Shown in pieces: positions 18,885-28,323 of a stretch of 64,000 nt of DNA. Every line of letters begins with the position of its first letter. The first letter of the stretch is position 1. Below the pieces are notes generated by a model. It did not search any database and was not told where the DNA came from. It was given only the letters and a program-made list of their open reading frames with translations. Source of the stretch: a virus; IMG/VR virus record IMGVR_UViG_3300050166_000025, positions 1 to 64,000 of that record. One strand, written 5' to 3'. Position numbers and translations under genes: made by a program.

Positions 18885-20825
18885 TTAGCGAGCGTTCTTG
18901 AATTTCTGGAATCCAATGCTTGGAATTGCATTATCGATGATTAGCGCTAACTGAGAATCTCTGACCATATACTGATTTAGCACGTTATGATGCTGCTCAA
19001 GCTCAATCGGTTTACTAAATAGTCTTAAGTTAGTTAAGAATAACTTACCGCCTCTAATTGCGTAATTAGTGTTTGAATCCCATACAAAGGCCTGTTGCAC
19101 ATCTTTTACTTCAGCAAACTCAACCTGTAAATTGTTATCTGCCGACTGTGGTAGACCAAAATTATTAGCTGGATCCAACGAGTAGATGTAAGCTGATAGT
19201 TGCTTAAATTGATTGCTACCATTTAAGATTAAACCATACCACTTATCTGTTCCGAATGTCAAGCCGTGCATGTATGAATATAGAACACCGTTGATCGACA
19301 CCTTCAACTCTTGTGGAGTGACAATAATTCTAAATCCTAGCATTGCATCATAGTCTCCAAATAAGATCTCTTCACCAGCGTAACCGGCTGGAAACTGTGG
19401 GTGAAACCAAACAGAGACAGCAAAGTTCTCGGAGTTAGATAACTTACTTGGTAATATGTAATCAATCGCAGTCTCATTTTTAGGAATCTGTGTTAAGTTG
19501 TAATAGTTTTTAGACACAACAGTCCATCTATTCTTTAACTCGTAGTCTATGATACTCAATTCTTTATGCATAAAATTTCTAATTCCATCTCGGTACGCAG
19601 TGGAAACTGTCTGATACTGCATTGGTTTAGTATCTTTCTCGTAAGTCTCTTGAATCTCAGCACCGAATACCTCATCTATTCCCGTAATTAGATTATCGGT
19701 TGCTAAATCAAACCCATCTGGGTTGATTGCAGTGTGGTCACTGTATTTAGTCAGCTTTATCTTCCAGTATGACTTAGAGTTGTTAAAACGATCACCAATT
19801 GCAACAGAGCTAATAGAATACATCTTATTCATGATAGGAATAAACATATAGTCTTTATTTCTCGGTGTTGTCTTGTAGCCGAAAGCTCTCTCGAATTCTT
19901 GTCTTACAATATGAATTTCAAATTCCTCAAAATCCATTCCAAATAGATCGTATGAAATAGTCGACTCTTGTGGAAACTCATTGTCAGGCACTAAGATTTT
20001 AATGTCTTCTTGTGCAACCACGTTAAATAGAGAATACTCCATTAATATGACATCCTTGCTTCTTTGATCCGGTTCGGTCTTGAAATATGTTACAGTGTGA
20101 CCAAATATGTCGCTCACCATATTAGAAAGCTGCAATTGTATCTGTTGCGCTTTATTTAAGTTATAAGGCTTAAATAGGTTTTCGTATTCACAATCTACTC
20201 TAATATTTGCACAACCAGAGTATAGGAAAGGGTCTGTGCAATCTAAACACAATTGAGGACAGGATTCTACAACACCATTATCTCTTTCGAGTGTATATGT
20301 AACTGAGATCAGGGTCAATGTATTGCCTGGAATTAATTGATTTACTTCCGCTTTAACGTCTAGGTATAAAGGACTTCTAGGATTAAAATTCATGGTGAAT
20401 AGGTCACCAAAATCATTCTGCTTATTTAACTCGTGAAACTCATTGTATGCGTTTCCATCCGTTGAATATCTAAATTCGTATGTAAAATTATTGTATTGGT
20501 CTAGCCATCTATAAAATTGAACGTTTGGAGCGGAAACAGGTGCGTTATCGATTAAAGCCAATCTGTTACTGTCAATGATTGAATCTACCTCGAGCACTAA
20601 ATTTCCAACGATGATCTTATCACCGTGATTAAATCTGCTAAAATTAGTAGCGGAGCCCGTAACTATTCGCGAACCGGCCGTTAGTGTAATCTTACCGACA
20701 GTCGTAGAGTCAGATAAGCCTGCGAGAACCTCCCAGTCTAAAATTCTCAATACATCCTTATATGGATCCTGGATTGATGCTATTAAAAAATCACCGTATT
20801 CAGTGGCTGTATTTCCTCTAATCAT
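18885..20825 (-). CDS. Neck/head-closure protein (gp14-like core) with extra beta-rich/LamG-like domains
   Basis: FGHTVTYFK...FGMDF...PRNKDYMFIP central region is like gp14; C-terminal FAVSVWF/DKWY pattern. Confidence 0.5.
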   Translation of the reverse strand: MIRGNTATEYGDFLIASIQDPYKDVLRILDWEVLAGLSDSTTVGKITLTAGSRIVTGSATNFSRFNHGDKIIVGNLVLEVDSIIDSNRLALIDNAPVSAPNVQFYRWLDQYNNFTYEFRYSTDGNAYNEFHELNKQNDFGDLFTMNFNPRSPLYLDVKAEVNQLIPGNTLTLISVTYTLERDNGVVESCPQLCLDCTDPFLYSGCANIRVDCEYENLFKPYNLNKAQQIQLQLSNMVSDIFGHTVTYFKTEPDQRSKDVILMEYSLFNVVAQEDIKILVPDNEFPQESTISYDLFGMDFEEFEIHIVRQEFERAFGYKTTPRNKDYMFIPIMNKMYSISSVAIGDRFNNSKSYWKIKLTKYSDHTAINPDGFDLATDNLITGIDEVFGAEIQETYEKDTKPMQYQTVSTAYRDGIRNFMHKELSIIDYELKNRWTVVSKNYYNLTQIPKNETAIDYILPSKLSNSENFAVSVWFHPQFPAGYAGEEILFGDYDAMLGFRIIVTPQELKVSINGVLYSYMHGLTFGTDKWYGLILNGSNQFKQLSAYIYSLDPANNFGLPQSADNNLQVEFAEVKDVQQAFVWDSNTNYAIRGGKLFLTNLRLFSKPIELEQHHNVLNQYMVRDSQLALIIDNAIPSIGFQKFKNAR

Positions 20826-21250
20826 TATTCTACGATATCTGTTTTTGCTTTAGCAACTTCATCCTCTGGTTTATACACCTCACCGGCAATCCAAGAGGCT
20901 ATAAAACCTGTAAGTGCGATGAAATAGATAGCCAAGTCATTAAGATTTGCTCCAAATTGAATTCCAACGGCGCCAGCGATAGCCCACACCAACACAACAA
21001 AATAGATCATGATCTCTCTTCTAGAAGAGGGTCCTGGTTGTAAAACTCCTGTCTTTAAGCTGGGTCTTTTTGATTCTGCCCAAACATAAGTTGCGACATA
21101 AGTTGTAAGTGAACCAAAATAAGCTGCTAATTGACTAAAGCTAACCAACTTGTATGCTCCGAAGATACCGGCCGCAATCCACAGTAAAACTGTAATGTAT
21201 ACGAGTTCTTCTCTTTTACCGAAATTGGATACAATTTCCTTGATGTTCAT
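20825..21250 (-). CDS. Multi-pass membrane protein (holin candidate)
   Basis: Several hydrophobic segments in two internally repeated halves (KREELVY...LAAYF / RREIMIY...LAIYF); late promoter. Confidence 0.55.
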   Translation of the reverse strand: MNIKEIVSNFGKREELVYITVLLWIAAGIFGAYKLVSFSQLAAYFGSLTTYVATYVWAESKRPSLKTGVLQPGPSSRREIMIYFVVLVWAIAGAVGIQFGANLNDLAIYFIALTGFIASWIAGEVYKPEDEVAKAKTDIVE

Positions 21251-21269
21251 TAACTATTAGTCTTTTTTG

Positions 21270-21277
21270 TATATATC
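21270..21277 (-). promoter_or_regulatory. Late promoter GATATATA
   Basis: Recurrent motif. Confidence 0.65.
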
Positions 21278-21289
21278 TACAAAAAAGAT

Positions 21290-21940
21290 TTAATAGTCGG
21301 TCACTAATAAGATTTCAGGGTTATCTCCCTCGAATTTAGGGTCCAGTATATCTAATAGAGAAGCCACTACTTCAACTTCTTCCTGTTCGAAAGAGGCTTC
21401 ATTCAACCAGTTATCCAGCTTATATGTAACGGTTGCTAGCTCATTTCGCTGATATGGAATCCCTTTTTCTAGTAGATTCAACTCTGTCAAGACCCTGGTA
21501 ATAGATGCTAGGCTCTCTTCGTCATCAAAAATCTCATATAGTTTAATAGTTGCGTGAAGAATTTTATAACTGAAATTGATTCTCTTCTCTCCTCCGTTTG
21601 GATCTACAACCAGTCTAGAGTAGCGTCTAGTTTTGTCAAGTGTCAATTTAATCCACTTTAACTTAGACATGTTAGATAGGATACTATTAATAAAATAGAT
21701 TGAATTTGCGTCCTTGTGTAAGAACTCTGAACCTATTGACTTAAAACGGTTTAATTCGTTAGGGTATGTTTTCTCAACATAGCTCTTTAAGTAATAAGGA
21801 GAAACCAGGACGGACTGCTCATTTATTTCAATAAAGTCCAGCTGGTTTTTAACACCGGTCCATATTCTATTGTCGTAATAATTGTAACGATATAAAACTA
21901 CGTCTATTACGTCAACTGTATTTAGTGCAGAAAATCCCAT
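21290..21940 (-). CDS. Hypothetical protein
   Basis: 216-aa ORF coupled to its upstream neighbour. Confidence 0.7.
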   Translation of the reverse strand: MGFSALNTVDVIDVVLYRYNYYDNRIWTGVKNQLDFIEINEQSVLVSPYYLKSYVEKTYPNELNRFKSIGSEFLHKDANSIYFINSILSNMSKLKWIKLTLDKTRRYSRLVVDPNGGEKRINFSYKILHATIKLYEIFDDEESLASITRVLTELNLLEKGIPYQRNELATVTYKLDNWLNEASFEQEEVEVVASLLDILDPKFEGDNPEILLVTDY

Positions 21941-22362
21941 CAGTAAACTTTAATTGCTTTTTCTATTTTCTTAAGCTCTATTTCTAGATCTTGCTGTGCA
22001 AATTGTTGTAATTCTTTGAATTCTCGCTTTCCTATCTCGTGCTTCTTCATAAAAAATTCAACAACTTCATCACTTGGTATGTATTCTTTTTTGTCAGCCG
22101 CTGTAAGCTTCTTTGTTTTAGTGTAGAACCACATTGGCACTGAAGTAAATCTCTGTGCTACCATCGACCAACTATCTACAACAAAGGCGCCATTGATACC
22201 GTTTATGTTGAACATCTGGGCATTTGCTGGAAATTTAATACTGAAAAAGCGATTAATCATAAAGTGATGTCGCTTCTTAGTGTGCAATTTAATGTTCTGA
22301 TACTCCTTAGGCTTTGTAAACATTATCTTTACAAAGTCAAATAGTTTTGTTTCGTCTAGCAT
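21940..22362 (-). CDS. Probable clamp loader small subunit (gp62-like)
   Basis: LFDFVK...FMINRFFS...AQMFN resembles the gp62 family; near gp44. Confidence 0.5.
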   Translation of the reverse strand: MLDETKLFDFVKIMFTKPKEYQNIKLHTKKRHHFMINRFFSIKFPANAQMFNINGINGAFVVDSWSMVAQRFTSVPMWFYTKTKKLTAADKKEYIPSDEVVEFFMKKHEIGKREFKELQQFAQQDLEIELKKIEKAIKVY

Positions 22363-22538
22363 GCTGGCTCTTTAATCAAATCCTCAAATGCAGAATTGTA
22401 TGCATCTAGTTTATTATACCCTTCTTTCACTAATTGTTTTGCAGCAACTACAACCTTGGTACGCATTCCATACGCACTCGCCTCTATCAAGATCTCTTCA
22501 ATCTGTTCAGCCACTGATAAAAAATTAGAATAGTTCAT
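22356..22538 (-). CDS. Hypothetical protein
   Basis: 60-aa ORF overlapping both neighbours. Confidence 0.55.
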   Translation of the reverse strand: MNYSNFLSVAEQIEEILIEASAYGMRTKVVVAAKQLVKEGYNKLDAYNSAFEDLIKEPAC

Positions 22539-23742
22539 TTAGGTCTCTGGTTAATGGCGTATCTTTAGTGCTATCGTCTAGGCCAGCAAATGGATCAAAT
22601 TGAGTTGGCACGTCTGATTTTAATTCTAACCACTTATTGCCTTCTAAGATTTTCTCCATCTGGGTTAATCTAGTAACCTCTGGCTCAGTCTCAATGTTTC
22701 TATCGATTGCCAGTTGCATTTGTGTTTGAATTGCTTCTGGTATAGTGTTATAGTGTAACAACATAATGTCCAGGTTTTGATTAAATCTTAATTTAATCTG
22801 TTCACGACTAGAGTTACCAATGATACGATATACTATATCTGCGATCTTATCTACTTGTGCTTCCGAGAACATGTGATCAATTGCAAACCTTGACTCTTCT
22901 TTAAGATACTGTTCTAGAATCTTGTCAGCCTGCTTTAAGCTAATGTTATATGTTCTACCACCCTTTGACCAGGTTACAACAGATTTGATGTTATCTGACT
23001 TGTCACCCGTTAGAATCTTTTGGAAGATAAAAGTATCGCAATTGATCTCTTCGATTTCAATGCCATTCTTTTTGATCCAATCATTCACATCGGCCCTTGT
23101 TTTCTCCATCAGGGCTGTCTTGCTAGCTAAGTTGAATAGTAAGTCTTCGTCTGAAGACGATTCATCTACAGGCATCGCCATCATCTTGTTAAAGCCTTCG
23201 AACACGATTAATCTTTTCTTGGTGTTGTAATACCATAGAGTATATCCGTCGGTGGCCTTGGAGTAGTCGACTAGTTGAATCAAGTCTCTATCGCCAGTCC
23301 ATACAATACAGCTCTTGCCGTTCGAGTTTAAGTAAGTTGACCATGCGAACAGTAAGTCATCGGCCTCTGCACCATTTACTTGTTGAATGATAACGCCTTT
23401 CTTACCTAAGACAGCCTTAAACTCATCGTAGATTTGATAAACACCTTCCCAATCCACTGAATCATCTTGTGTTCGGGTTCCTTTGTATTCAGCATCCGGA
23501 AACAAGTCTTTACGCCAAGACTTAGAGTCGATAGTTAACACGACTTTATCTAAGAAAGGCTGCATCTTTCTAATTTCTGACGCAAAGTCAATGCATAGCT
23601 TGCGTAAAAACTGACCTCTGCTCTTTTCATCGCCCAGTAACTTGCCCTTTGAAGGCTTTGGCATTACAAAGAGTCTGCTATAAATAAAATAGTTTCCATC
23701 TATTAGCAATGTGTGTTTACCTAATTTCATATCTTCTTCCAT
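22525..23742 (-). CDS. rnh: 5'-3' exonuclease / T4 RNase H (FEN family)
   Basis: LLIDGN, YKGTR, EADD, GDRD and GDKSDNI motifs. Confidence 0.9.
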   Translation of the reverse strand: MEEDMKLGKHTLLIDGNYFIYSRLFVMPKPSKGKLLGDEKSRGQFLRKLCIDFASEIRKMQPFLDKVVLTIDSKSWRKDLFPDAEYKGTRTQDDSVDWEGVYQIYDEFKAVLGKKGVIIQQVNGAEADDLLFAWSTYLNSNGKSCIVWTGDRDLIQLVDYSKATDGYTLWYYNTKKRLIVFEGFNKMMAMPVDESSSDEDLLFNLASKTALMEKTRADVNDWIKKNGIEIEEINCDTFIFQKILTGDKSDNIKSVVTWSKGGRTYNISLKQADKILEQYLKEESRFAIDHMFSEAQVDKIADIVYRIIGNSSREQIKLRFNQNLDIMLLHYNTIPEAIQTQMQLAIDRNIETEPEVTRLTQMEKILEGNKWLELKSDVPTQFDPFAGLDDSTKDTPLTRDLNELF

Positions 23743-23752
23743 GATTTGTTAT

Positions 23753-23762
23753 GTAAATATAA
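23753..23762 (-). promoter_or_regulatory. Early promoter element TTATATTTAC
   Basis: Recurrent motif. Confidence 0.6.
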
Positions 23763-23803
23763 CCAATTTTTCTGACATTTAATAATTATATTTACTTTAT
23801 TTT

Positions 23804-24754
23804 TTATGAGCGGATAATTTCCTGAAGTTTATACGCACATGACAGCATCGTGATGATTGGGTCAATTACATTAACTCGTTGAGCTTGATGTTCTGCGACC
23901 GTAATTACAATTTGAGGAATGCACTTGACGTGATTCGGCTTCTCGGCCTGGATATACTCGATGAAATCACTACCTAGAGTCTGTAAAACATCATCTACTC
24001 GGTTTGAGTATTCGCTAACCAGAACCTTATAGTTCTTTACTGGATCTGTCTCATTAAAGATCAGATCAAACACATCTTTATAGACTGAATTGAAGCGCTT
24101 TACATCTTCGATTCCAATGTTGACTGTGCCTTGCGACTTATAACCCTGTAATTTGTTTAGTGTAGATCTTAAATCTGGAAAGTTTCTCTTTACAAACTCA
24201 ACTAAGGCCGGTTTTTCAATACTCATGCCTTCCTTGCCACAAATATCATACACTCGCTTGATGTACTTCTTTGTCAATTCAGTCTCTTCTTCTTTATCAA
24301 AATCAAAATTAATCAATTCAAAACGAGACAAGATTGGATCGGGTAACTTATTGATGTAATTACAGGTTGCAATAAATCTAGAATTGGCAGCAAACTGCTC
24401 CATAGTTGCGCGTAGAGCCTTAAAGAATTGATCTGAGACACCATCTACCTCATCTAATATCACTACTTTGAATTTGTTGCGATCATCTAGGATTGACATC
24501 GTGGAGCAAAAATCAGTGATTCTGGTTCTAATTACTTCAACGGAAGTATCGGTCGAGGCATTGATGTATAGGTAAGGCAGCTCAAACTGATTAATGATAG
24601 CCTTTGCGGTCGAAGTTTTACCAGTTCCAGGAGAACCAGCAAATAACATATTCTGTGTTAAACCATCTTTGAATTTGCTCATGACTCTATCTGGTAAGAT
24701 TAGATCACTTAAATTTTTAGGACGATACTTTTCTGTAAAGAGTGCTTGAATCAT
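23804..24754 (-). CDS. gp44: Clamp loader AAA+ subunit
   Basis: EKYRP, GSPGTGKT, INAS, ILDEVD, SRF and FPDLR RFC motifs. Confidence 0.93.
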   Translation of the reverse strand: MIQALFTEKYRPKNLSDLILPDRVMSKFKDGLTQNMLFAGSPGTGKTSTAKAIINQFELPYLYINASTDTSVEVIRTRITDFCSTMSILDDRNKFKVVILDEVDGVSDQFFKALRATMEQFAANSRFIATCNYINKLPDPILSRFELINFDFDKEEETELTKKYIKRVYDICGKEGMSIEKPALVEFVKRNFPDLRSTLNKLQGYKSQGTVNIGIEDVKRFNSVYKDVFDLIFNETDPVKNYKVLVSEYSNRVDDVLQTLGSDFIEYIQAEKPNHVKCIPQIVITVAEHQAQRVNVIDPIITMLSCAYKLQEIIRS

Positions 24755-24780
24755 ATTCTATCTGTGCTTTTAATGTAGAG

Positions 24781-24809
24781 GTTATACCAGAATAGATTAA
24801 AATGTTTCA
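24781..24809 (-). promoter_or_regulatory. Putative middle promoter TGAAAC-N17-TATAAC
   Basis: Exact-spacing motif before gp44. Confidence 0.6.
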
Positions 24810-25338
24810 GATACATATTAATATGGCAATCAAGAAAAAGTATCCTGAGATTAAGAGAACCGGCGGTCCTTACCCTAAGAATCGTTTTGGAATTCATTAC
24901 TCTACCTTATCAAGGGCCCAGCGAAGACTCTTAATGGACTATCCGTTGTTGAAGGAACGCTGCCAGAGTGATCAATTTGTTCAGATTCTATTTGAGCAAC
25001 ACAGTTATACTTTTAGATCTCATAACGTATTCAATAAACTTTTCTATGATTGGTCGACCGGTGAAGTGGTTCAGCGTGAGGAGTTGACTGAGAATTATCA
25101 AACCATAGATTGGCAGTGCGCTATCTCGGGTTTGCCTATTAGAGCTAAGATGGGTGAGTTTAATCTAGAGAACTTTGTGCACCCTAAATACCACGATGTC
25201 TTATTGGCTCCGATGGTCGATAGTCGCATCTTGAAATCTTCGGTGGAGTTTCGCAAGAAATGCAAAGAACTCCTGCTGAATCAACAACAGGAGTTCCTTA
25301 AAATGGCTAAAAAGAATTCTAAAAAGAATCTAGATTAA
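24802..25338 (+). CDS. Hypothetical protein (plus strand; start may be ATG 24823)
   Basis: Fills the gap between minus-strand genes; contains CAISG...HP. Confidence 0.65.
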   Translation: MFQIHINMAIKKKYPEIKRTGGPYPKNRFGIHYSTLSRAQRRLLMDYPLLKERCQSDQFVQILFEQHSYTFRSHNVFNKLFYDWSTGEVVQREELTENYQTIDWQCAISGLPIRAKMGEFNLENFVHPKYHDVLLAPMVDSRILKSSVEFRKKCKELLLNQQQEFLKMAKKNSKKNLD

Positions 25339-26579
25339 CCTAGTAGCGTTCTAAACTTGTCTGCTATCGAGATAGCGTTAGATTCGTTTATTTTATTGGA
25401 AGATGATTGTCTATCAATCATCATTTTATATTTGGCGTAAAGAGCTGAATTGTTTTCAAGCTGCCAATTTTCTTTAGTTGAAATTTCTGATGCAAGTTCG
25501 TTTAAACCCAGTTCAGTTGCGCTAAACATTAAAGATTCTTTAGGTGATGCATTCTTCTTTAATTCAGCCTTTAAATCTTTGACGCTATTTTGTAATTCTG
25601 CGATATCTTCTTTAGATTTTTGAATTGAATCCTTTAATTTTGCAACTTTTTCTGGATCAGTTTCAGACTTTAATTCTTCTTTAGCTTTTTCAACAGAAGC
25701 TCTTTCATCAGCTATGTTCTTATTATAAGATTTGATGTCTGCTTCCAATTCAGTGTTGGCATCTTTTTTAGGTTCTTCCTTTGTAGGTTCCTCTTTTTTA
25801 GGCTCCTCTCTTTTAGGTTCTTCTGCTTTTTTAGCAGCTTCTTTTTCTTTTTCTTTGTTTTGTAGTTCTTTAATTGCGGATTGTTCTTCGGCGAATCTTC
25901 TATTTAATTCCTTAAAAGAATCAGCTAATTCTTTTTTCTTAGTAGGATTGTCTTCTTGGCCAGAAGCTCTCTTAACTAATTCCATTTTTCCTTTAATCTT
26001 TTCCGAACTTAGCACTTTTCCAATATACTCTCCTCTTTCTCTAGCTTTAGTGTCTACCTCAGATTGTAAATCTTTGATTGCAGCATCCATGTTAGATTTT
26101 TTTGCCTTTAGAGCATCTCTTTTGGGTGCATCTTCTGCCTTTCCTCCCAATAAATCAATAGCCAGTTGAATGTCTAGCGCATTCATTTTCATTTTATTGA
26201 TTTTTTTTTGCATTCCTCTATATTTAGGAGCATAAAAAATCCAATCTGCCATTTTGCTGCCAGCCTCGCCGGCTGTTAATTCAAAAATAGCTTGATCTTC
26301 ATTTAATTCTTCTTCATTCAATTCTTTACTCTCAAACTCATCAAGAGAATTCATTGCTTCCTTAACCTGAACAGATAAGGTTGCTAGCTGTGACATTATA
26401 CTGTCTACGTCTTTTATGATGTCGCTTTTTTCAGCTGAGATTTCTGATTTGACAGTTGTGGATTGTGTAGTTGTTGTAGGATTAGCAGGTGCTGGAGCAG
26501 TCTGTGCCATCTCTGCATTCTCTTTAACTGATTCTGTAATTGATTTATACCAACTCTCGAATGTCATATTGTTTTCCAT
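25335..26579 (-). CDS. Coiled-coil head/internal protein with capsid-targeting-like N-terminus
   Basis: MTFESWYKSITES, ELNEEELNE and INES putative protease sites; EEPK repeats; directly after MCP under a late promoter. Confidence 0.55.
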   Translation of the reverse strand: MENNMTFESWYKSITESVKENAEMAQTAPAPANPTTTTQSTTVKSEISAEKSDIIKDVDSIMSQLATLSVQVKEAMNSLDEFESKELNEEELNEDQAIFELTAGEAGSKMADWIFYAPKYRGMQKKINKMKMNALDIQLAIDLLGGKAEDAPKRDALKAKKSNMDAAIKDLQSEVDTKARERGEYIGKVLSSEKIKGKMELVKRASGQEDNPTKKKELADSFKELNRRFAEEQSAIKELQNKEKEKEAAKKAEEPKREEPKKEEPTKEEPKKDANTELEADIKSYNKNIADERASVEKAKEELKSETDPEKVAKLKDSIQKSKEDIAELQNSVKDLKAELKKNASPKESLMFSATELGLNELASEISTKENWQLENNSALYAKYKMMIDRQSSSNKINESNAISIADKFRTLLG

Positions 26580-26608
26580 TGTGTAGTACTATTATTTAAC
26601 TTATTGTC

Positions 26609-26617
26609 TATATATTC
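26609..26617 (-). promoter_or_regulatory. Late promoter variant GAATATATA
   Basis: Recurrent motif. Confidence 0.55.
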
Positions 26618-26631
26618 ATTCCTTTCTACCT

Positions 26632-26662
26632 AAAAAAGAAAAGGTCTCCGAAGAGACCTTTT
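26632..26662 (-). terminator. Intrinsic terminator after MCP with C-UUCG-G tetraloop
   Basis: AAAAGGTCTC-TTCG-GAGACCTTTT followed by CTTTTTT on the minus strand. Confidence 0.85.
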
Positions 26663-26695
26663 CAATATAAAACTACTATTCTAGTTATCTTAAAA

Positions 26696-28174
26696 TTAAG
26701 ATAAAGAGATTAAGTTAGTCCACTGTGTAGAACCAGCAACTGGTGAAACAGCTAACTTAACATATTGAGTTTCTGGGTGGAAACCTGCTTCAACTAAAGC
26801 AAATCTAGACTTAACAGCAACCTTTGGAGCCATTGTACCTTCTGCGATAGTTTGAACTGATTCAGCCATTAAGTAAGGCATGAATACTAAACCAGGACCA
26901 TTACCATCACCTTTTCTACCAACTAAGATAGTCATGTTGTTCCACTTCCACTTAGGGTTAGTGTAAACTTGAACACCTGCGATAGAACCTACTGGGTAGA
27001 TTGCACCAGCAGCTTGAGAAACTGTGTTAGCAAATGGATTTGGTACGTAACCTGCAACTGATTGTAAAGCTGTAGCAACTTGTGGTCCTACAACCGCAAA
27101 GTTACCTGCACCTCTTCTACCTCTGTTAGCGATTAAGTTAGCGCCAGCTAAGATACCAGTTAAGATTTTTCTGTGCTCAGAACCTTCAGTTTTACCACCT
27201 TGGAAATCTGCTGCACCGTATAATTTAACATCTAAAGCACCTGAAGAAATTTCACCAGCAGTAACTGCTTTAGAAATGTTAGAAGTACCTAATGAATCGA
27301 TGTTAGCGATGATTAAGTCGTTAATAGTTTGAGTTAATTCGTTAACTAAAACAGCTTCAACTTGAGCAACAGCATCAACACCAAATTGCTTTAAGTCTTG
27401 AACTTGCTCTCTAGTTACTGCAGCAGCAACTTGAATAGTCTTAGCTTCAACAGCCTTAGAGAATAAAGAAAGACCCATTAACTTGTCTGGAGTTCTTTCA
27501 CCTTCTTCTCTTGAGTAAGCTTCAGTGTTAGACTTGCCAGAGAATCCTGGAATGTGATCTTCTAATGCTTTAACTAATTCAACAATAGCAGCAGTACCTG
27601 AATCTTGAGCACCTTCAGCAGCTTGTTGAACTGTGTAACCAGCTTCTAAAGTACCGTTAACTTTGTAAATAGCTTTACCGTCGATTCTAGAAGTACCAAC
27701 TTTCACGAATAATAAACCGTGGTTAGGAGTACCTGCTTGATCTGACTCGTATGATTGGTATGCAGACTTGATGTATGTTGGAGCAACACCGTTATCGATT
27801 CTACCACCTTCGTAAACGAAGTCTAAGTAAGATAATAAGCCCATTGGACCAGCCATTGGAATTACTGGAACTAAATCTAAAGCGATAGTTTGAGCAGCAA
27901 CTTGCATTGCTAAAGGTAATAAAGTTGGAGCTTTGTCACCAGAACCTACTGAAGCTGGGTTAGAACCAAATCCTGAAGGGAAAGATACAGCACCCATACC
28001 TCTTAAGTTCATAGTTGGGTCTAATCTCATAATGTTTGCATCTTCGTAAAGCTTGTGATTGTGGCAATACTCAGACATCCATGCTAATTTACCAGCATCA
28101 GAGATACCAGTTGCTGATTCGATAATCGGAGCCCATGTTGCTCTGATTTCAGCTTCGTTAATTAATTGTGCCAT
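26696..28174 (-). CDS. gp23: Major capsid protein
   Basis: WAPIIE, LVPVIPMAGPMG, EQVQDLK, RRGAGNF, LVFMPY and KSRFAL gp23-family motifs; strongly biased codons. Confidence 0.93.
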   Translation of the reverse strand: MAQLINEAEIRATWAPIIESATGISDAGKLAWMSEYCHNHKLYEDANIMRLDPTMNLRGMGAVSFPSGFGSNPASVGSGDKAPTLLPLAMQVAAQTIALDLVPVIPMAGPMGLLSYLDFVYEGGRIDNGVAPTYIKSAYQSYESDQAGTPNHGLLFVKVGTSRIDGKAIYKVNGTLEAGYTVQQAAEGAQDSGTAAIVELVKALEDHIPGFSGKSNTEAYSREEGERTPDKLMGLSLFSKAVEAKTIQVAAAVTREQVQDLKQFGVDAVAQVEAVLVNELTQTINDLIIANIDSLGTSNISKAVTAGEISSGALDVKLYGAADFQGGKTEGSEHRKILTGILAGANLIANRGRRGAGNFAVVGPQVATALQSVAGYVPNPFANTVSQAAGAIYPVGSIAGVQVYTNPKWKWNNMTILVGRKGDGNGPGLVFMPYLMAESVQTIAEGTMAPKVAVKSRFALVEAGFHPETQYVKLAVSPVAGSTQWTNLISLS

Positions 28175-28286
28175 TTTTGTAAAATGTTCTTTTTATGTTT
28201 ATTGTTTTGCTACTATGTTGTAGCTACTCGACATATTTCGGATTTTTGCTTCTTATCCAAGAGTCGATTAAGTTATTCTGTTACTC

Positions 28287-28294
28287 TATATATC
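28287..28294 (-). promoter_or_regulatory. Late promoter GATATATA
   Basis: Recurrent motif before MCP. Confidence 0.65.
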
Positions 28295-28323
28295 TTTTTA
28301 AAAAATGTGTTTTTTAAAAAAAA

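Noticed and set aside
25765-25830. EEPK tandem repeats here (and GGLG repeats at the portal C-terminus)
   Set aside because: Low-complexity linkers with no evidence of a separate function.
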